A stretch of 64,000 bases of DNA from a virus (lineage: Duplodnaviria > Heunggongvirae > Uroviricota > Caudoviricetes), in the IMG/VR virus record IMGVR_UViG_3300035208_008116, positions 9,539 to 73,538 of that record, one strand, 5' to 3'. The notes beneath the pieces are model-generated. The model saw only the letters and a list, made by a program, of their open reading frames with translations. It was not told the origin of the DNA and ran no database searches. Position 1 is the stretch's first letter. The number at the start of each line of letters is the position of its first letter. A program made the position numbers and the translations under genes. Below, piece by piece: positions 37,605 through 47,354 of this stretch.

Positions 37605-37925
37605 TTAGTTAACGATTTTTGTAATAATAACCAACAAATGGGCCTTGATGGCTTCTTTGCTTAGGGACGAATTCTTGGCACTGGCTTCTTTCTTTCTTAA
37701 GATGGTATTGACTATTCTACCGACTTGATTGGTTGTCAAGTTTTCGTTTATCAATTCTTTTTCTGGACTATCGAGATTGACCATATGCATGGTCCAATTA
37801 TTTTTTTCTAATTGTTCACAAGCCAGACTATATTTCGTATGGGGAATATTTACTATTACTAAATTGTCTGGTTGGTCTCGATAGATAATTTCACAATTTG
37901 TTGGCAATCGGATGGGAATGCTCAT
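37605..37925 (-). CDS. hypothetical protein
   Basis: 106-aa ORF. Confidence 0.3.
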   Translation of the reverse strand: MSIPIRLPTNCEIIYRDQPDNLVIVNIPHTKYSLACEQLEKNNWTMHMVNLDSPEKELINENLTTNQVGRIVNTILRKKEASAKNSSLSKEAIKAHLLVIITKIVN

Positions 37926-38122
37926 TGATGCTTAAGTTCTTGGCTAATAATTTCGACCAATTTATCTTCCATTTGGTAATAGATGTTACCATTGAGGCCC
38001 TTAGATGGCCTGAATATTGGCTCTATGGCTTCTTCTATTAATCTGATGGCTAGTTTTCGATACGGGTGTTCGGCATCGTTAAGAGATATCTTGGCCTTCA
38101 TCTTGTTTGAGCATATGTCCAT
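37922..38122 (-). CDS. hypothetical protein
   Basis: 66-aa ORF. Confidence 0.25.
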   Translation of the reverse strand: MDICSNKMKAKISLNDAEHPYRKLAIRLIEEAIEPIFRPSKGLNGNIYYQMEDKLVEIISQELKHQ

Positions 38123-38504
38123 CCCATTTTAGCTTTTCAAAGCTTTTGGGGAAGCAGGTTTTGAAGAGCCAAATAGACCAACGGCAAGCTTCTAGCTCGC
38201 TGGAGCCGAAGAAATGATGACCAAGTTCATGGAGGGTAGAGAGAATTGATGGATGGTCTCCATCTAATTCTATAATTGAGAGTTTGTCTTCACTCTCATT
38301 ATCGATGTAGCAATACCTATCACTTACTTGGGGCTGTATTCCGGTGGCTAGGGTGTGGATAAGGAGTAAAAGCCTGGTAATTTTGATGGGGTCTTTTTTC
38401 CATCCTTTATAATGAGCTTTTTTCCATTCTTTAACCCTGGCGATTAGTTCTGGAGGAAAATTAGGGCTTGGCAATTTCATTATTTCTTCTTTGGTTGGGT
38501 ACAT
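38079..38504 (-). CDS. HExxH zinc metallopeptidase-like protein
   Basis: LSTLHELGHHFFG motif. Confidence 0.4.
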   Translation of the reverse strand: MYPTKEEIMKLPSPNFPPELIARVKEWKKAHYKGWKKDPIKITRLLLLIHTLATGIQPQVSDRYCYIDNESEDKLSIIELDGDHPSILSTLHELGHHFFGSSELEACRWSIWLFKTCFPKSFEKLKWDGHMLKQDEGQDIS

Positions 38505-38545
38505 TTGCTATTTTATTAAGGCTACTAATAATCGACCTTTTATTT

Positions 38546-39835
38546 TTACCATTCATCCCCATATCTTCCATATCCATAGGGCTCATGGTTGTCAGGATGC
38601 CCATAAGGGGCTTGATATGGGTCTTGTTCTGAAGAAGCTAGCTTTTCGGCAAATTCATTATCTAGTTCTTCATTTTCTGTTGGCTTTTTATCTTTTTCTA
38701 TTTCATTAACTTCTTTTGCATATTCGTATTCATTTTGGAAGAAGCAGGCTTTTTTCATCAATTCTTCAATTTGGTGGGTGATAGCAGGAATGTCTTCTGT
38801 GTCTGTAGGGTATACATCAAGATAATTAAAGAAGTCATCAACAATTCCTTCCATTTCTTCTTTGAGTTCTCCTAATTTTGTTAGGAATTCATCATCGATG
38901 GTTGGCTCGTCTTCTGGGGGAATATCAATTTTTTCGGGGTCTTTTTCTTCAGTCTTTATCAATGTTCCTTGACCTTGGAATCCAATTGGCGTTTTTTCGG
39001 TGGTAACGTATGTTCTTTTGACTGGGTCCCAAACATGGAGTGTATTTGAGGTTGATTCGTTTCCTGAAAAATATGAAGTTGCTAGAGTTTGCCTTTCTTG
39101 GAGTAGTCCTAATGGGACATTTGTTAACTTCATTTCTCCCTTAGGTTCGAAGGAATATAATCTTTTTTCTTTGATATTATCTCCTTCTCCCTCTGATGAT
39201 AGTTTAATGAAGCCTCTGCTTTTTGCCATATGGAGTGGGCTAGAATTCCTTGCAAAATATACTCGATGGATTTTTTGAGTTGTCTTATTTATCTGGAGAG
39301 CAATGAAAGCGGCTGATCCTTGGACTTTTCCTTCTTTGTCTCTGTTTCCTTCAAGATAGAGAGCTAATTCAATGGCTAATGTTTCAGAGTCATTGTATTT
39401 TTCAAAGATTGTCTTTGGATTATAAGTGCTTTCAATACTGTATTTTGTTCGGTAATTGAGTCCCATCTTCTCATGACGTTCTTTTAATTCATCATCATTA
39501 CTGATTATTCCGTTATGGATGACTAAATAATCGAACTTTAATGATTTATCACTAACAAAAAGTGGGTGGGTTTGATCTAGGTAATTATCAGTGGAAGTAG
39601 GCATTCTATGGTGAGCGATCATCATTTGAACTGGTTTCATTTCGATATCCATCAAGAATTTTGCGGGTTCGCAAGCTCTTTTAACTTCATAGGTTAGGCT
39701 TGGATTGATGCGAACGACACCAAATCCTTTGCTGCCTCTTTCGTGTTGTTCTTCGTATCGATTGATGATCCAATCATTGACAGGTTTTTTGTTCTTACCT
39801 TTTTTGGTATCGAACATGGCTATTAATCCACACAT
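38546..39835 (-). CDS. class-II (Ntn) glutamine amidotransferase domain protein with acidic C-terminal tail
   Basis: N-terminal MCG (Cys2 nucleophile), HNGIISN motif. Confidence 0.55.
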   Translation of the reverse strand: MCGLIAMFDTKKGKNKKPVNDWIINRYEEQHERGSKGFGVVRINPSLTYEVKRACEPAKFLMDIEMKPVQMMIAHHRMPTSTDNYLDQTHPLFVSDKSLKFDYLVIHNGIISNDDELKERHEKMGLNYRTKYSIESTYNPKTIFEKYNDSETLAIELALYLEGNRDKEGKVQGSAAFIALQINKTTQKIHRVYFARNSSPLHMAKSRGFIKLSSEGEGDNIKEKRLYSFEPKGEMKLTNVPLGLLQERQTLATSYFSGNESTSNTLHVWDPVKRTYVTTEKTPIGFQGQGTLIKTEEKDPEKIDIPPEDEPTIDDEFLTKLGELKEEMEGIVDDFFNYLDVYPTDTEDIPAITHQIEELMKKACFFQNEYEYAKEVNEIEKDKKPTENEELDNEFAEKLASSEQDPYQAPYGHPDNHEPYGYGRYGDEW

Positions 39836-41532
39836 TAGAATTGTACGTTATTGTCTGATAATTGGTTTTCGCTATGGATTATTCGCAATGTCTCCTCAGC
39901 ATCACTATAGTCTGCTTCATACATTGCTTCTCCTGGGCCAAAAGGATTTTCTCCGAGGATTCTTTCCCCTGATTCTATTCTGGCTTGATCCATTTCTTGA
40001 GCGACTTGCCTTGTTGCTTCAGCAGCTCTTCGGGCAGGATTGGAATCTTTATCGATGTGAAGATTTAATTCTTTTTGGTGAAGAACTTCTGTAATTTCTC
40101 CTGGAGTTCTTTTTCCGTCAATTTCGATATATTCAGGAAGATTTTTATGACTAATTTCAACTGGCTTTAAACCTTTTTCAATACTGTGGACTAGTTTTAA
40201 GAATGGTTTAAAGTTTAATTCTTGTCGATCTTCGTAAGGAATTCCAATCATAACAATAGGGATTTGCGTATCTTTGGCTAATTCTCCCGTGCGTAGATTA
40301 ATCATATTGTTATAATTTTTGAAGGCGGAACGATAGCGAGATTGCATCTTAATCAGAATTTCTTTCATGCTTTCAAGATCGTCTTGAGTTTTTAGTCTTT
40401 CTTGGCCAGCAAGGAAGTGAAGATTAGCATCAACAGCCATTAAGCTCTTTATTCCTTTTCGTAATCCAAAGAAGAAATATTGGTGATTAAGTTTCCAATT
40501 AAAGGCAACGATTCGTTTCGATAATTCTTTGGCGAATGTTTCGACATTGCTATCTCCATTGATAGTAAAGTTCACAAATCCGGAGAGTTCTTCAATATCT
40601 AGTTTCTTATTGATTGGAACAATTTTCTTGGCGAGAACTTTTTGAGCATTTGGTAAATTGGATGGCTTTTGGAGTTTCCAGCCTTGCATGATGTTGTAAC
40701 TAACAGCTTTTTTATCTGCGAGGACTCTTTCTGGATTCAAGATATAATTAATTTCATTCTTGTACATAGGATAGAACTCGAATTTCTTAATATATTTCTT
40801 GATTTGTTCAATGATTCCTTTTGACAAGGCTGGATAATCAGCGAGTAGAAGTTCTTGAAGAGCTGATCCTTGTTTTTCTGTCTTAAATATCAGATCATTA
40901 TATTTTGCGAATGCACGAGGATGATTAATGATCTCATTGTAGACAGTGCCTAAAAAGGCCATTGTTGCCATTGCAATTTTTGGGGTTGTTAGCCATTCGG
41001 CGCTGGGGGTACGAAATTCGTAAACAGCTATTCCGTTTTTACTATCTGCTCTGGAATCATTGAGTTTTCCATAGCCTGATTTTAATCGGACGTTTAGATT
41101 CATTTTGTTGTCTCCACTCATAAGTGGAAGATAAAATGAGGCTAATCGTTTATGGATCAGATTAACTTTTCCGTTGTTAGTGGAATTGCTTGGAAGTGAG
41201 AAGTGAATATGGCCTCCGACTGATCCGTGAAGACTTAATGTTGATAGATCGAAGAGGGAAAGTTGTTTGCTGACAGCTTTGAAGATTTTTCCTATATTAT
41301 CGACTAGTTCGGCAGGATTTTTGGCATATTTAGGACGGATTTCTCCCGTTTCATTGCAGCCATCCCAACCAAATTCTCCTCCTGGGGTTTCGAATCCCAT
41401 GCTTCTTGATGGCAATCCTTCGAGGAGGCTAGAAAAAACTTCTTCGGCACTAACACGATTATCTTGTAGTAAGAGATTGAATTCAGGATCAGCTCCGATT
41501 GTGAATCCAAAGTCTGGGGTTTTTTTTGGCAT
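39835..41532 (-). CDS. glutamine-synthetase/GCS2-fold carboxylate-amine ligase (amidoligase-like)
   Basis: TIGADPEF, ETGEIRP, GGHIHFS motifs in order; start overlaps amidotransferase stop. Confidence 0.4.
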   Translation of the reverse strand: MPKKTPDFGFTIGADPEFNLLLQDNRVSAEEVFSSLLEGLPSRSMGFETPGGEFGWDGCNETGEIRPKYAKNPAELVDNIGKIFKAVSKQLSLFDLSTLSLHGSVGGHIHFSLPSNSTNNGKVNLIHKRLASFYLPLMSGDNKMNLNVRLKSGYGKLNDSRADSKNGIAVYEFRTPSAEWLTTPKIAMATMAFLGTVYNEIINHPRAFAKYNDLIFKTEKQGSALQELLLADYPALSKGIIEQIKKYIKKFEFYPMYKNEINYILNPERVLADKKAVSYNIMQGWKLQKPSNLPNAQKVLAKKIVPINKKLDIEELSGFVNFTINGDSNVETFAKELSKRIVAFNWKLNHQYFFFGLRKGIKSLMAVDANLHFLAGQERLKTQDDLESMKEILIKMQSRYRSAFKNYNNMINLRTGELAKDTQIPIVMIGIPYEDRQELNFKPFLKLVHSIEKGLKPVEISHKNLPEYIEIDGKRTPGEITEVLHQKELNLHIDKDSNPARRAAEATRQVAQEMDQARIESGERILGENPFGPGEAMYEADYSDAEETLRIIHSENQLSDNNVQF

Positions 41533-41981
41533 TAGTTATTATTAAGTCTAAGTTTGCTTATTAATTGATTAGCTTCTTCTTCTGTGTTGTTTGGAGCCAT
41601 ATATCTAATTATGTCAATAATTTGCCTGTTAGATAAAGGCTTTTTTCGACAAAGGATAGCAAAAAGGAGAGAGGATAATTCTCGGTTATGCCAATTATTG
41701 AATCCTTGGCTATTATCTCCCATTCCTGAGACTCTAGCATTGAGATAAAGTAATGCTTCGTGAAGGGCTTGATATGAAGGTCCATCTGGTTTTTTTATAC
41801 TCCAGACAACTGAATTCTTTTTTATGAATTTGATGAATGCGAGTTGCCCTGATGAATTAAGTTGGTCGTAAGTGATGGTTTCATGTTTTTCCCAATACCT
41901 ATCCCTCCATTGGCTGTAATCGTTTCTTATTTTAGGAACAAGGGCTTTGACTCCTTTTAAGTTAATTGTGGGGTACGGCAT
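41532..41981 (-). CDS. hypothetical protein
   Basis: 149-aa ORF. Confidence 0.3.
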   Translation of the reverse strand: MPYPTINLKGVKALVPKIRNDYSQWRDRYWEKHETITYDQLNSSGQLAFIKFIKKNSVVWSIKKPDGPSYQALHEALLYLNARVSGMGDNSQGFNNWHNRELSSLLFAILCRKKPLSNRQIIDIIRYMAPNNTEEEANQLISKLRLNNN

Positions 41982-42463
41982 GATTTTTTGAAGTCGTCGA
42001 CGTTAATAATTGTAGAACAATGTGGACATTCAATTAGCGATTCTGTGTTATTCCAATCATTTTCAATAGATATTATCATTCCGCATTTACATATAATGAG
42101 TCCATCTAGGATTTTTGGCATGTTGATTGATTTTCCTTCTCCAATTGTATGAATGTGATCAACATCTTCGGTTTCTTCTGGTTTGGGTTTGGGAGGTGTT
42201 GATGGCATTAATTCTTCTTCAATATTTTCAGGATTATCTAATTCTGACCATTCATCACTTATTCTATGTCCACATTCGGGACATTCAAAGTTTGTTTCAT
42301 CTGTTTCTGTATCATCGGTTTCATAGTCACCATCATCACTTTCGTTTGAATTAGGAACAAAGCGTCCATATTCATGCTGGAATTGAGTGTAGTTAAAATG
42401 ATCAATAATGGCTGAGCAATATGGGCAGACTTTTTCGATTTTTTCTTCTTGGTCTGTTGGCAT
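41957..42463 (-). CDS. multi zinc-ribbon acidic protein
   Basis: CPYCS, CPECGH, CKCG, CPHCS pairs. Confidence 0.4.
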   Translation of the reverse strand: MPTDQEEKIEKVCPYCSAIIDHFNYTQFQHEYGRFVPNSNESDDGDYETDDTETDETNFECPECGHRISDEWSELDNPENIEEELMPSTPPKPKPEETEDVDHIHTIGEGKSINMPKILDGLIICKCGMIISIENDWNNTESLIECPHCSTIINVDDFKKSCRTPQLT

Positions 42464-42465
42464 TT

Positions 42466-42717
42466 TTAATATTCTTCTTCTAGTTTTTTTTGATGATGGC
42501 GACTTAATTGGAAATGGCTATCCAATTCATCATCTAGGGGGTCCATGAAGCATTCTTCTTCTTCGTTTAAACTTTGACGAAAAGCTGATAATCCTTCTCC
42601 CCAATCAGCATCTCTCATTGATTTTATGGAATAGTAAGGATAGCAGTTTTTATAATCTTTAGGGTTTAAGGAGGCTGTTTCGTTATCTAATAATGGTTCG
42701 TTACTCATCTGGATCAT
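42466..42717 (-). CDS. hypothetical acidic protein
   Basis: 83-aa ORF. Confidence 0.3.
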   Translation of the reverse strand: MIQMSNEPLLDNETASLNPKDYKNCYPYYSIKSMRDADWGEGLSAFRQSLNEEEECFMDPLDDELDSHFQLSRHHQKKLEEEY

Positions 42718-42913
42718 TATTCTTAATTTGTGGGTTGAGATTAGAGATTAATGATCGACCGCTGATTAGTTTAGCTATTTCTTCATCGGACATCGGAGTG
42801 CAGGCGAAGATTTGGGTCAAACGATCAGTTTTAAGGATTATTCCGACTAATTCTTTATTTTCTTCTTTGCGAATGGTGATGCAACCTGAGGTGTTTGTTA
42901 GGTATTTATCCAT
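42701..42913 (-). CDS. hypothetical protein
   Basis: 70-aa ORF. Confidence 0.25.
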   Translation of the reverse strand: MDKYLTNTSGCITIRKEENKELVGIILKTDRLTQIFACTPMSDEEIAKLISGRSLISNLNPQIKNNDPDE

Positions 42914-42921
42914 ATGATTTA

Positions 42922-43656
42922 TTATGGTAGGACCACTTTTTGTGGTTTATTTTTAATGCCTTTTCCTCTTGGCACGTCAATATTATTTATCAGTCGTCGA
43001 ACATCGTTGGGGTTTCTTGGAGTTGATGATTTCATTTTTTTCCATGTGAACCCAAGGATATACATTTTTGTTGGTGCCATCTTTTTTCGGTCTGGATAGT
43101 CAATATCTGATTCGTAGCTATAGGAGAAGATTGGTTTATATTTGATTCTTAGATTATTTGTTAATTCATTTGATAGCCAACCTGAGATAATGGCGGAGAT
43201 TAATCCTGGAGGGCAAGGTTTGGGCAAGTAAGCCTCTCTACTCATCATGAGGGTTATATACATAATCCCCTCAGATTGCATAATCTTTGGAAGATTTTGT
43301 AATTGTTGACTAACCTTGTTTCCATAGGGATCACAAAAATCTAGGAAGAGGCTATTATATTTGAATTTATTGAGGGGATTCTGGGCCCAATCTTTGAGGC
43401 TGGTGAATATTTTACTGGGACTATCTAGAAGGGGTTTAACTTTTGGACTGAAATCAATGGAATCAAGTTCTTCTATGAATTTGAGCCTATCGTTATATCT
43501 TCGGAAGTTTCCTTCTCCGTAAAATTCGAGTCCGGTAAGTTTAATATCTCCTCTTAGTTTCTTGTAGGCTAGGAAACCTTCTTTAAGTGGTTTGAATGAT
43601 GATATCTTTGATTTCCCGAAGTGTACTGTTTCGGGGTTTATTATTAATGCTGGCAT
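42922..43656 (-). CDS. hypothetical protein
   Basis: 244-aa ORF. Confidence 0.35.
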   Translation of the reverse strand: MPALIINPETVHFGKSKISSFKPLKEGFLAYKKLRGDIKLTGLEFYGEGNFRRYNDRLKFIEELDSIDFSPKVKPLLDSPSKIFTSLKDWAQNPLNKFKYNSLFLDFCDPYGNKVSQQLQNLPKIMQSEGIMYITLMMSREAYLPKPCPPGLISAIISGWLSNELTNNLRIKYKPIFSYSYESDIDYPDRKKMAPTKMYILGFTWKKMKSSTPRNPNDVRRLINNIDVPRGKGIKNKPQKVVLP

Positions 43657-43662
43657 AAGATT

Positions 43663-44232
43663 TTATTTGTCTCTAAATTGTCCTGCTTGGAAGCAGTTTT
43701 TATAATGAGAGAACCAGAATGGCTTATCATCTGCTAATTGTTCTGATAAGTAGAAAGGATTTCTGATTCCATTCTTAGTTAAGCCAAATTTGATTGGCTT
43801 ATGACCACATCTAGCTTCTTGGCAATATGATTGTCGAGTTTCGCATGGTGTTTGGTAGTAGACAAATTTTTTATTCTTGGTTGTTTGGACTCGAATCATG
43901 GTGGTTTCTCCTTGAAGCTGTTCTGATGTTTTTAAGATATCTAATTCCATGGGGAAGGCGTGGAAGTGAGTGTCACTGCTTTCCCAAACTATTCTTCCTT
44001 TTTTATCTTTTTTTCCTAGATTGAGAAGAATTTCGATGCGATAGCATTGTTGCTCGCCAGTGGTGATTTCGTGTTCAGTTTCTGGAGTCATTCGATAACC
44101 AGAGATGAAACCAACTGTGCCTATTTTGATTCCTTCATTTAAATCACCTTGTTTTATTTTAGGATGAAGTTTGGGGAATCTATGGCGAGTAAATGTTACC
44201 CAAGTTCCAATTGGTAAGAGGTCTTTAGGCAT
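43663..44232 (-). CDS. hypothetical protein
   Basis: 189-aa ORF. Confidence 0.35.
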   Translation of the reverse strand: MPKDLLPIGTWVTFTRHRFPKLHPKIKQGDLNEGIKIGTVGFISGYRMTPETEHEITTGEQQCYRIEILLNLGKKDKKGRIVWESSDTHFHAFPMELDILKTSEQLQGETTMIRVQTTKNKKFVYYQTPCETRQSYCQEARCGHKPIKFGLTKNGIRNPFYLSEQLADDKPFWFSHYKNCFQAGQFRDK

Positions 44233-44262
44233 ATTTTATTTAGTCGCTAGCGACCCTCAGGA

Positions 44263-44589
44263 TTAGGGCTTAGGATCAGCTATTAAGTCTTGTAATTTCA
44301 CCGTTTTTTTCTTAAAGTCTTTCTCCATTAGCTTACATTTGTCGATATCGCCAAATAAGCAAGAAGCGTCGCCAATTATATTGGTGATACAACCTTTAAG
44401 TTTAGAGACATCCCCCTTTAATTTTGGGTGGATTTCTCCTCGGATATTACTAAGATCTCCAGTGAGATGATCAATAATACCGGTTAAGTTGGTGATATCT
44501 CCCCAAGCTTTGGTTGGAGTGTTTAAGATTCGTTTTCCTTTTTTGTAGTAATAACCTAAGGATGCTAACTGGATGAGTTTCTTTCTCAT
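44263..44589 (-). CDS. hypothetical protein
   Basis: 108-aa ORF. Confidence 0.3.
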   Translation of the reverse strand: MRKKLIQLASLGYYYKKGKRILNTPTKAWGDITNLTGIIDHLTGDLSNIRGEIHPKLKGDVSKLKGCITNIIGDASCLFGDIDKCKLMEKDFKKKTVKLQDLIADPKP

Positions 44590-44597
44590 AGGATAAC

Positions 44598-44795
44598 CTA
44601 GTAAAAGAGGCTAATAATGGCGACTGGCACCCAGACGAATAAGATAACTAAAGAAGCGCTAATGAAGAACCACGACCAGAAGGGGCGAGTCTTTCTTGTC
44701 TTCCAACTATCTTTGAGAATGTAGAGATAGCAAGGCACAAAAATGGCTATCGTAAACAGAGTTAGCCAATGAATGTTGTTAAGATTGATTATCAT
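44598..44795 (-). CDS. small two-helix membrane protein (start moved to ATG 44795)
   Basis: ORF-track GTG start lies inside terminator hairpin. Confidence 0.3.
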   Translation of the reverse strand: MIINLNNIHWLTLFTIAIFVPCYLYILKDSWKTRKTRPFWSWFFISASLVILFVWVPVAIISLFY

Positions 44796-44801
44796 GGTTA
44801 A

Positions 44802-44832
44802 AGATGACAAAAAGCCCACCGATTAGGTGGGC
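44802..44832 (-). terminator. rho-independent terminator GCCCACC-gatta-GGTGGGC + U-run
   Basis: seen directly; T-runs on both sides. Confidence 0.5.
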
Positions 44833-44839
44833 TTAAGTC

Positions 44840-44980
44840 TTATTTTTGGCGCTGATAGTAGATTTCAGCGTTAAGGTTTTTAATGCGTTCTGTCTCAGGG
44901 GTTTTCTCATTGATTTGTTCACTTTCGTAGAAGTCATCAAGGAGTTCGTAAAGTTGATTAAGCTTTGTAGGGCTAAGCAT
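44840..44980 (-). CDS. hypothetical small protein (46 aa)
   Basis: ATG ORF ending just before terminator. Confidence 0.25.
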   Translation of the reverse strand: MLSPTKLNQLYELLDDFYESEQINEKTPETERIKNLNAEIYYQRQK

Positions 44981-44988
44981 GTGATTGT

Positions 44989-45174
44989 TTAATTAAGAGG
45001 TGCTAATTGCTGAAGAAGGCTGTTGGCTAAATCTGGGTAATACTGGCGGGTGTAAGCCCATTGTTCTCTTATGAATTGAATACGGTTAATTGATTGATTG
45101 ATGATGGTAGTGTTATGTTTTTTCTCAAGGAGTTTGAGGTTAGCAAGAGCTCGGTCTTCTAATTCTTTAGGCAT
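44989..45174 (-). CDS. hypothetical protein
   Basis: 61-aa ORF. Confidence 0.25.
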   Translation of the reverse strand: MPKELEDRALANLKLLEKKHNTTIINQSINRIQFIREQWAYTRQYYPDLANSLLQQLAPLN

Positions 45175-45199
45175 GATACTAAAGTTAAATTAATAAGAA

Positions 45200-45363
45200 G
45201 ATAAGCAGTCAGGGAGAGACGATTTTATCTTATCGCCTCTAGTCCACCACGTTGGATGGGTTATACCCTTACTCCTTCTTTGATATGAAGAAGCTATTAG
45301 TGTGGGGTATTTTCTTAAGAGTTAGCTAGTTCTTAAGGCTATAGCGTCCCCCTGACTGCTTAT
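45200..45363. repeat. 15-bp perfect inverted repeat GATAAGCAGTCAGGG / CCCTGACTGCTTATC bracketing 134 bp intergenic DNA
   Basis: seen directly. Confidence 0.8.
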
Positions 45364-45372
45364 CTTTAGGTT

Positions 45373-45645
45373 TTAATGGCCAATGAATTCAAGTTCTTCT
45401 CGACAAAAGTAGTCATTAGACATTTCTGGTAAAGAGTTAACCTTGATTTCATAAGGATAACTTAGACCAAAATGAACATTAGTGATTCTGCCAATTCTCC
45501 CTAAATAATAAGCCTCAAATCGAGCTTGGCTTTGTGGGGAAATTCCTTCATTTGTAACTAACCTTATGACTTGGACAATGTCTCCTACTTGTAGGGCTGT
45601 TGGCTCTATGGCGATTTCTTTTTTAGGGTCGAGGATGGTGAGCAT
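45373..45645 (-). CDS. hypothetical protein
   Basis: 90-aa ORF. Confidence 0.3.
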   Translation of the reverse strand: MLTILDPKKEIAIEPTALQVGDIVQVIRLVTNEGISPQSQARFEAYYLGRIGRITNVHFGLSYPYEIKVNSLPEMSNDYFCREELEFIGH

Positions 45646-45896
45646 GGTCTAATATGTGCCTGGTTTGAATTTGAAGTAATTAGCAATGCCTTCGATCGAG
45701 CGTTCTGGCTTATTGACGATTTCATCATTATTCTTAATGAAGCGGTCATAAGCTCTATACATCCAAAGCCTTGAGGCATTAGGATTATAGATTTTATGGG
45801 GTTTATTGAAGGTAAGTGTGGTCATTGGATTGGTTGATTAAATAATAATGGTAAGGTCCTAGTTAATTAGGAACTAGGAACTACCTTCAAGAACAA

Positions 45897-46247
45897 TTAA
45901 AGTTTGCAAGAGATTTCATCTTCATCAAGAGGTTCATCATCTCCATTCATTCTATCTGTTAGATAATACCAACTAATAATGTCTTTATCGTTTCCTGATT
46001 CTAATAAACCATAACTTGAGATAATTTTCCCTTGGAAGAGTCGAATCATTGATGATTCATTATAAGATTCACGATAAAGAACAATGTCCCCTAATTTATA
46101 TTTAGGCTGTTCTTCTGGTCTGGAAAGATGTTTATTTAAAAAAGTTTCTTGTCTAACTTCTTCTTTTTGATCGCAACTACGACATAATCCTGACCAGCTT
46201 GAGAGGTCTGCAGGTTTTTTACACTCAGGACAGAGTAATTTAGGCAT
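45897..46247 (-). CDS. zinc-ribbon protein (CPECKK...CRSC)
   Basis: 116-aa ORF. Confidence 0.3.
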   Translation of the reverse strand: MPKLLCPECKKPADLSSWSGLCRSCDQKEEVRQETFLNKHLSRPEEQPKYKLGDIVLYRESYNESSMIRLFQGKIISSYGLLESGNDKDIISWYYLTDRMNGDDEPLDEDEISCKL

Positions 46248-46395
46248 AATATGTGTAATTAACTAATAAAGATAGATGAGCAGTCAACGAGAGGCAATTT
46301 ATAGCTAAGGTCGTTAAGGCTACAAATAATGAGCTCTTAATCGGTTGAAGCATGATTGGCTCTCTGTGACCACTCACCTATTAATTAAGGAAACT

Positions 46396-46422
46396 AACAA
46401 AAGCCCGCCTACAAAGGCGGGC
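46396..46422 (-). terminator. rho-independent terminator GCCCGCC-tttgta-GGCGGGC + UUUUGUU
   Basis: directly downstream of 46443..46802. Confidence 0.55.
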
Positions 46423-46442
46423 TAATCATTAGTTCTAAAGGA

Positions 46443-46802
46443 CTAAGCGGTGACTGGCTTAGTATAAACAGGAAAGACGAAATCAAGAGTTCCTGCGTAT
46501 TCTGTTTCAACTGGGGCAGATACAAATGGTTCAGGAGCGTAATACTTTTCAGCATCTTCCTGACGCATTGATAGTTTCATCAGGCCATCTATGACTCTAC
46601 CAAAGACTTGTACCCCATTAAAGTCAAAGACTCTGGTATCTTCACCATTGGCATCTTTGAATAGTTTCCAGTGTTTGATGCATTCGTGCTCTTCACCTGG
46701 CTTATTAGAGATACAAACTAGTTTAAAATTATCATCATCAATACGGACTCCTTTAATATTAGTGTCAGTATTGCGATTAAAGATTGTGGTTACTTTTAAC
46801 AT
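46443..46802 (-). CDS. hypothetical protein
   Basis: 119-aa ORF. Confidence 0.35.
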   Translation of the reverse strand: MLKVTTIFNRNTDTNIKGVRIDDDNFKLVCISNKPGEEHECIKHWKLFKDANGEDTRVFDFNGVQVFGRVIDGLMKLSMRQEDAEKYYAPEPFVSAPVETEYAGTLDFVFPVYTKPVTA

Positions 46803-46902
46803 AATGATTATTTTGATTGATTAACGATTGATTAATGATTGATGGGATGAGTCCCTCAAGGACGCTAGTTTGGCTTGGAAGCCTTTACGACAACTAGCAA
46901 CT

Positions 46903-46928
46903 CGCTTAAGTCAGGATTAACCTGCATA
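46903..46928. repeat. 26-bp direct repeat copy 1 (CGCTTAAGTCAGGATTAACCTGCATA)
   Basis: 23/26 identical to 47355-47380. Confidence 0.7.
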
Positions 46929-46952
46929 AGAAAATATGGAAAAGTCAGTGAG

Positions 46953-47156
46953 CTAGTTGGTAGCAGGAAGGTTCTTCATTAGGGATAAGACATGGTCAGC
47001 CTTAAGAGCTGTAATTGTTGCCATAGTTTGGTAATAACTCTCTAGGCCACAATAAGATAGATTATCTATTTCTTTAGCTTTCTTAGCTTTATCTATCAAT
47101 GACCCTAAATCAGCAGTAAGGGTAACCCAAATTGTATCTAAAGCTTCTTTAGTCAT
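46953..47156 (-). CDS. hypothetical protein
   Basis: 67-aa ORF flanked by the 26-bp direct repeats. Confidence 0.3.
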   Translation of the reverse strand: MTKEALDTIWVTLTADLGSLIDKAKKAKEIDNLSYCGLESYYQTMATITALKADHVLSLMKNLPATN

Positions 47157-47354
47157 GATATTATTATGATTAATGATTAATGCTATAGGCTATAGACTTC
47201 TAAGCCCTACGGAGTAGGGCGATAGGCTATAGGGGGAAATATTACGGATAAATCCGTTACTGGACTAGAACCAACTCCTAACAAAGGAATACAATAACAA
47301 ATTGCTATTGTTGGCTCACTGTCACCTACTATCCCTTATTTACGATAGGATGAA

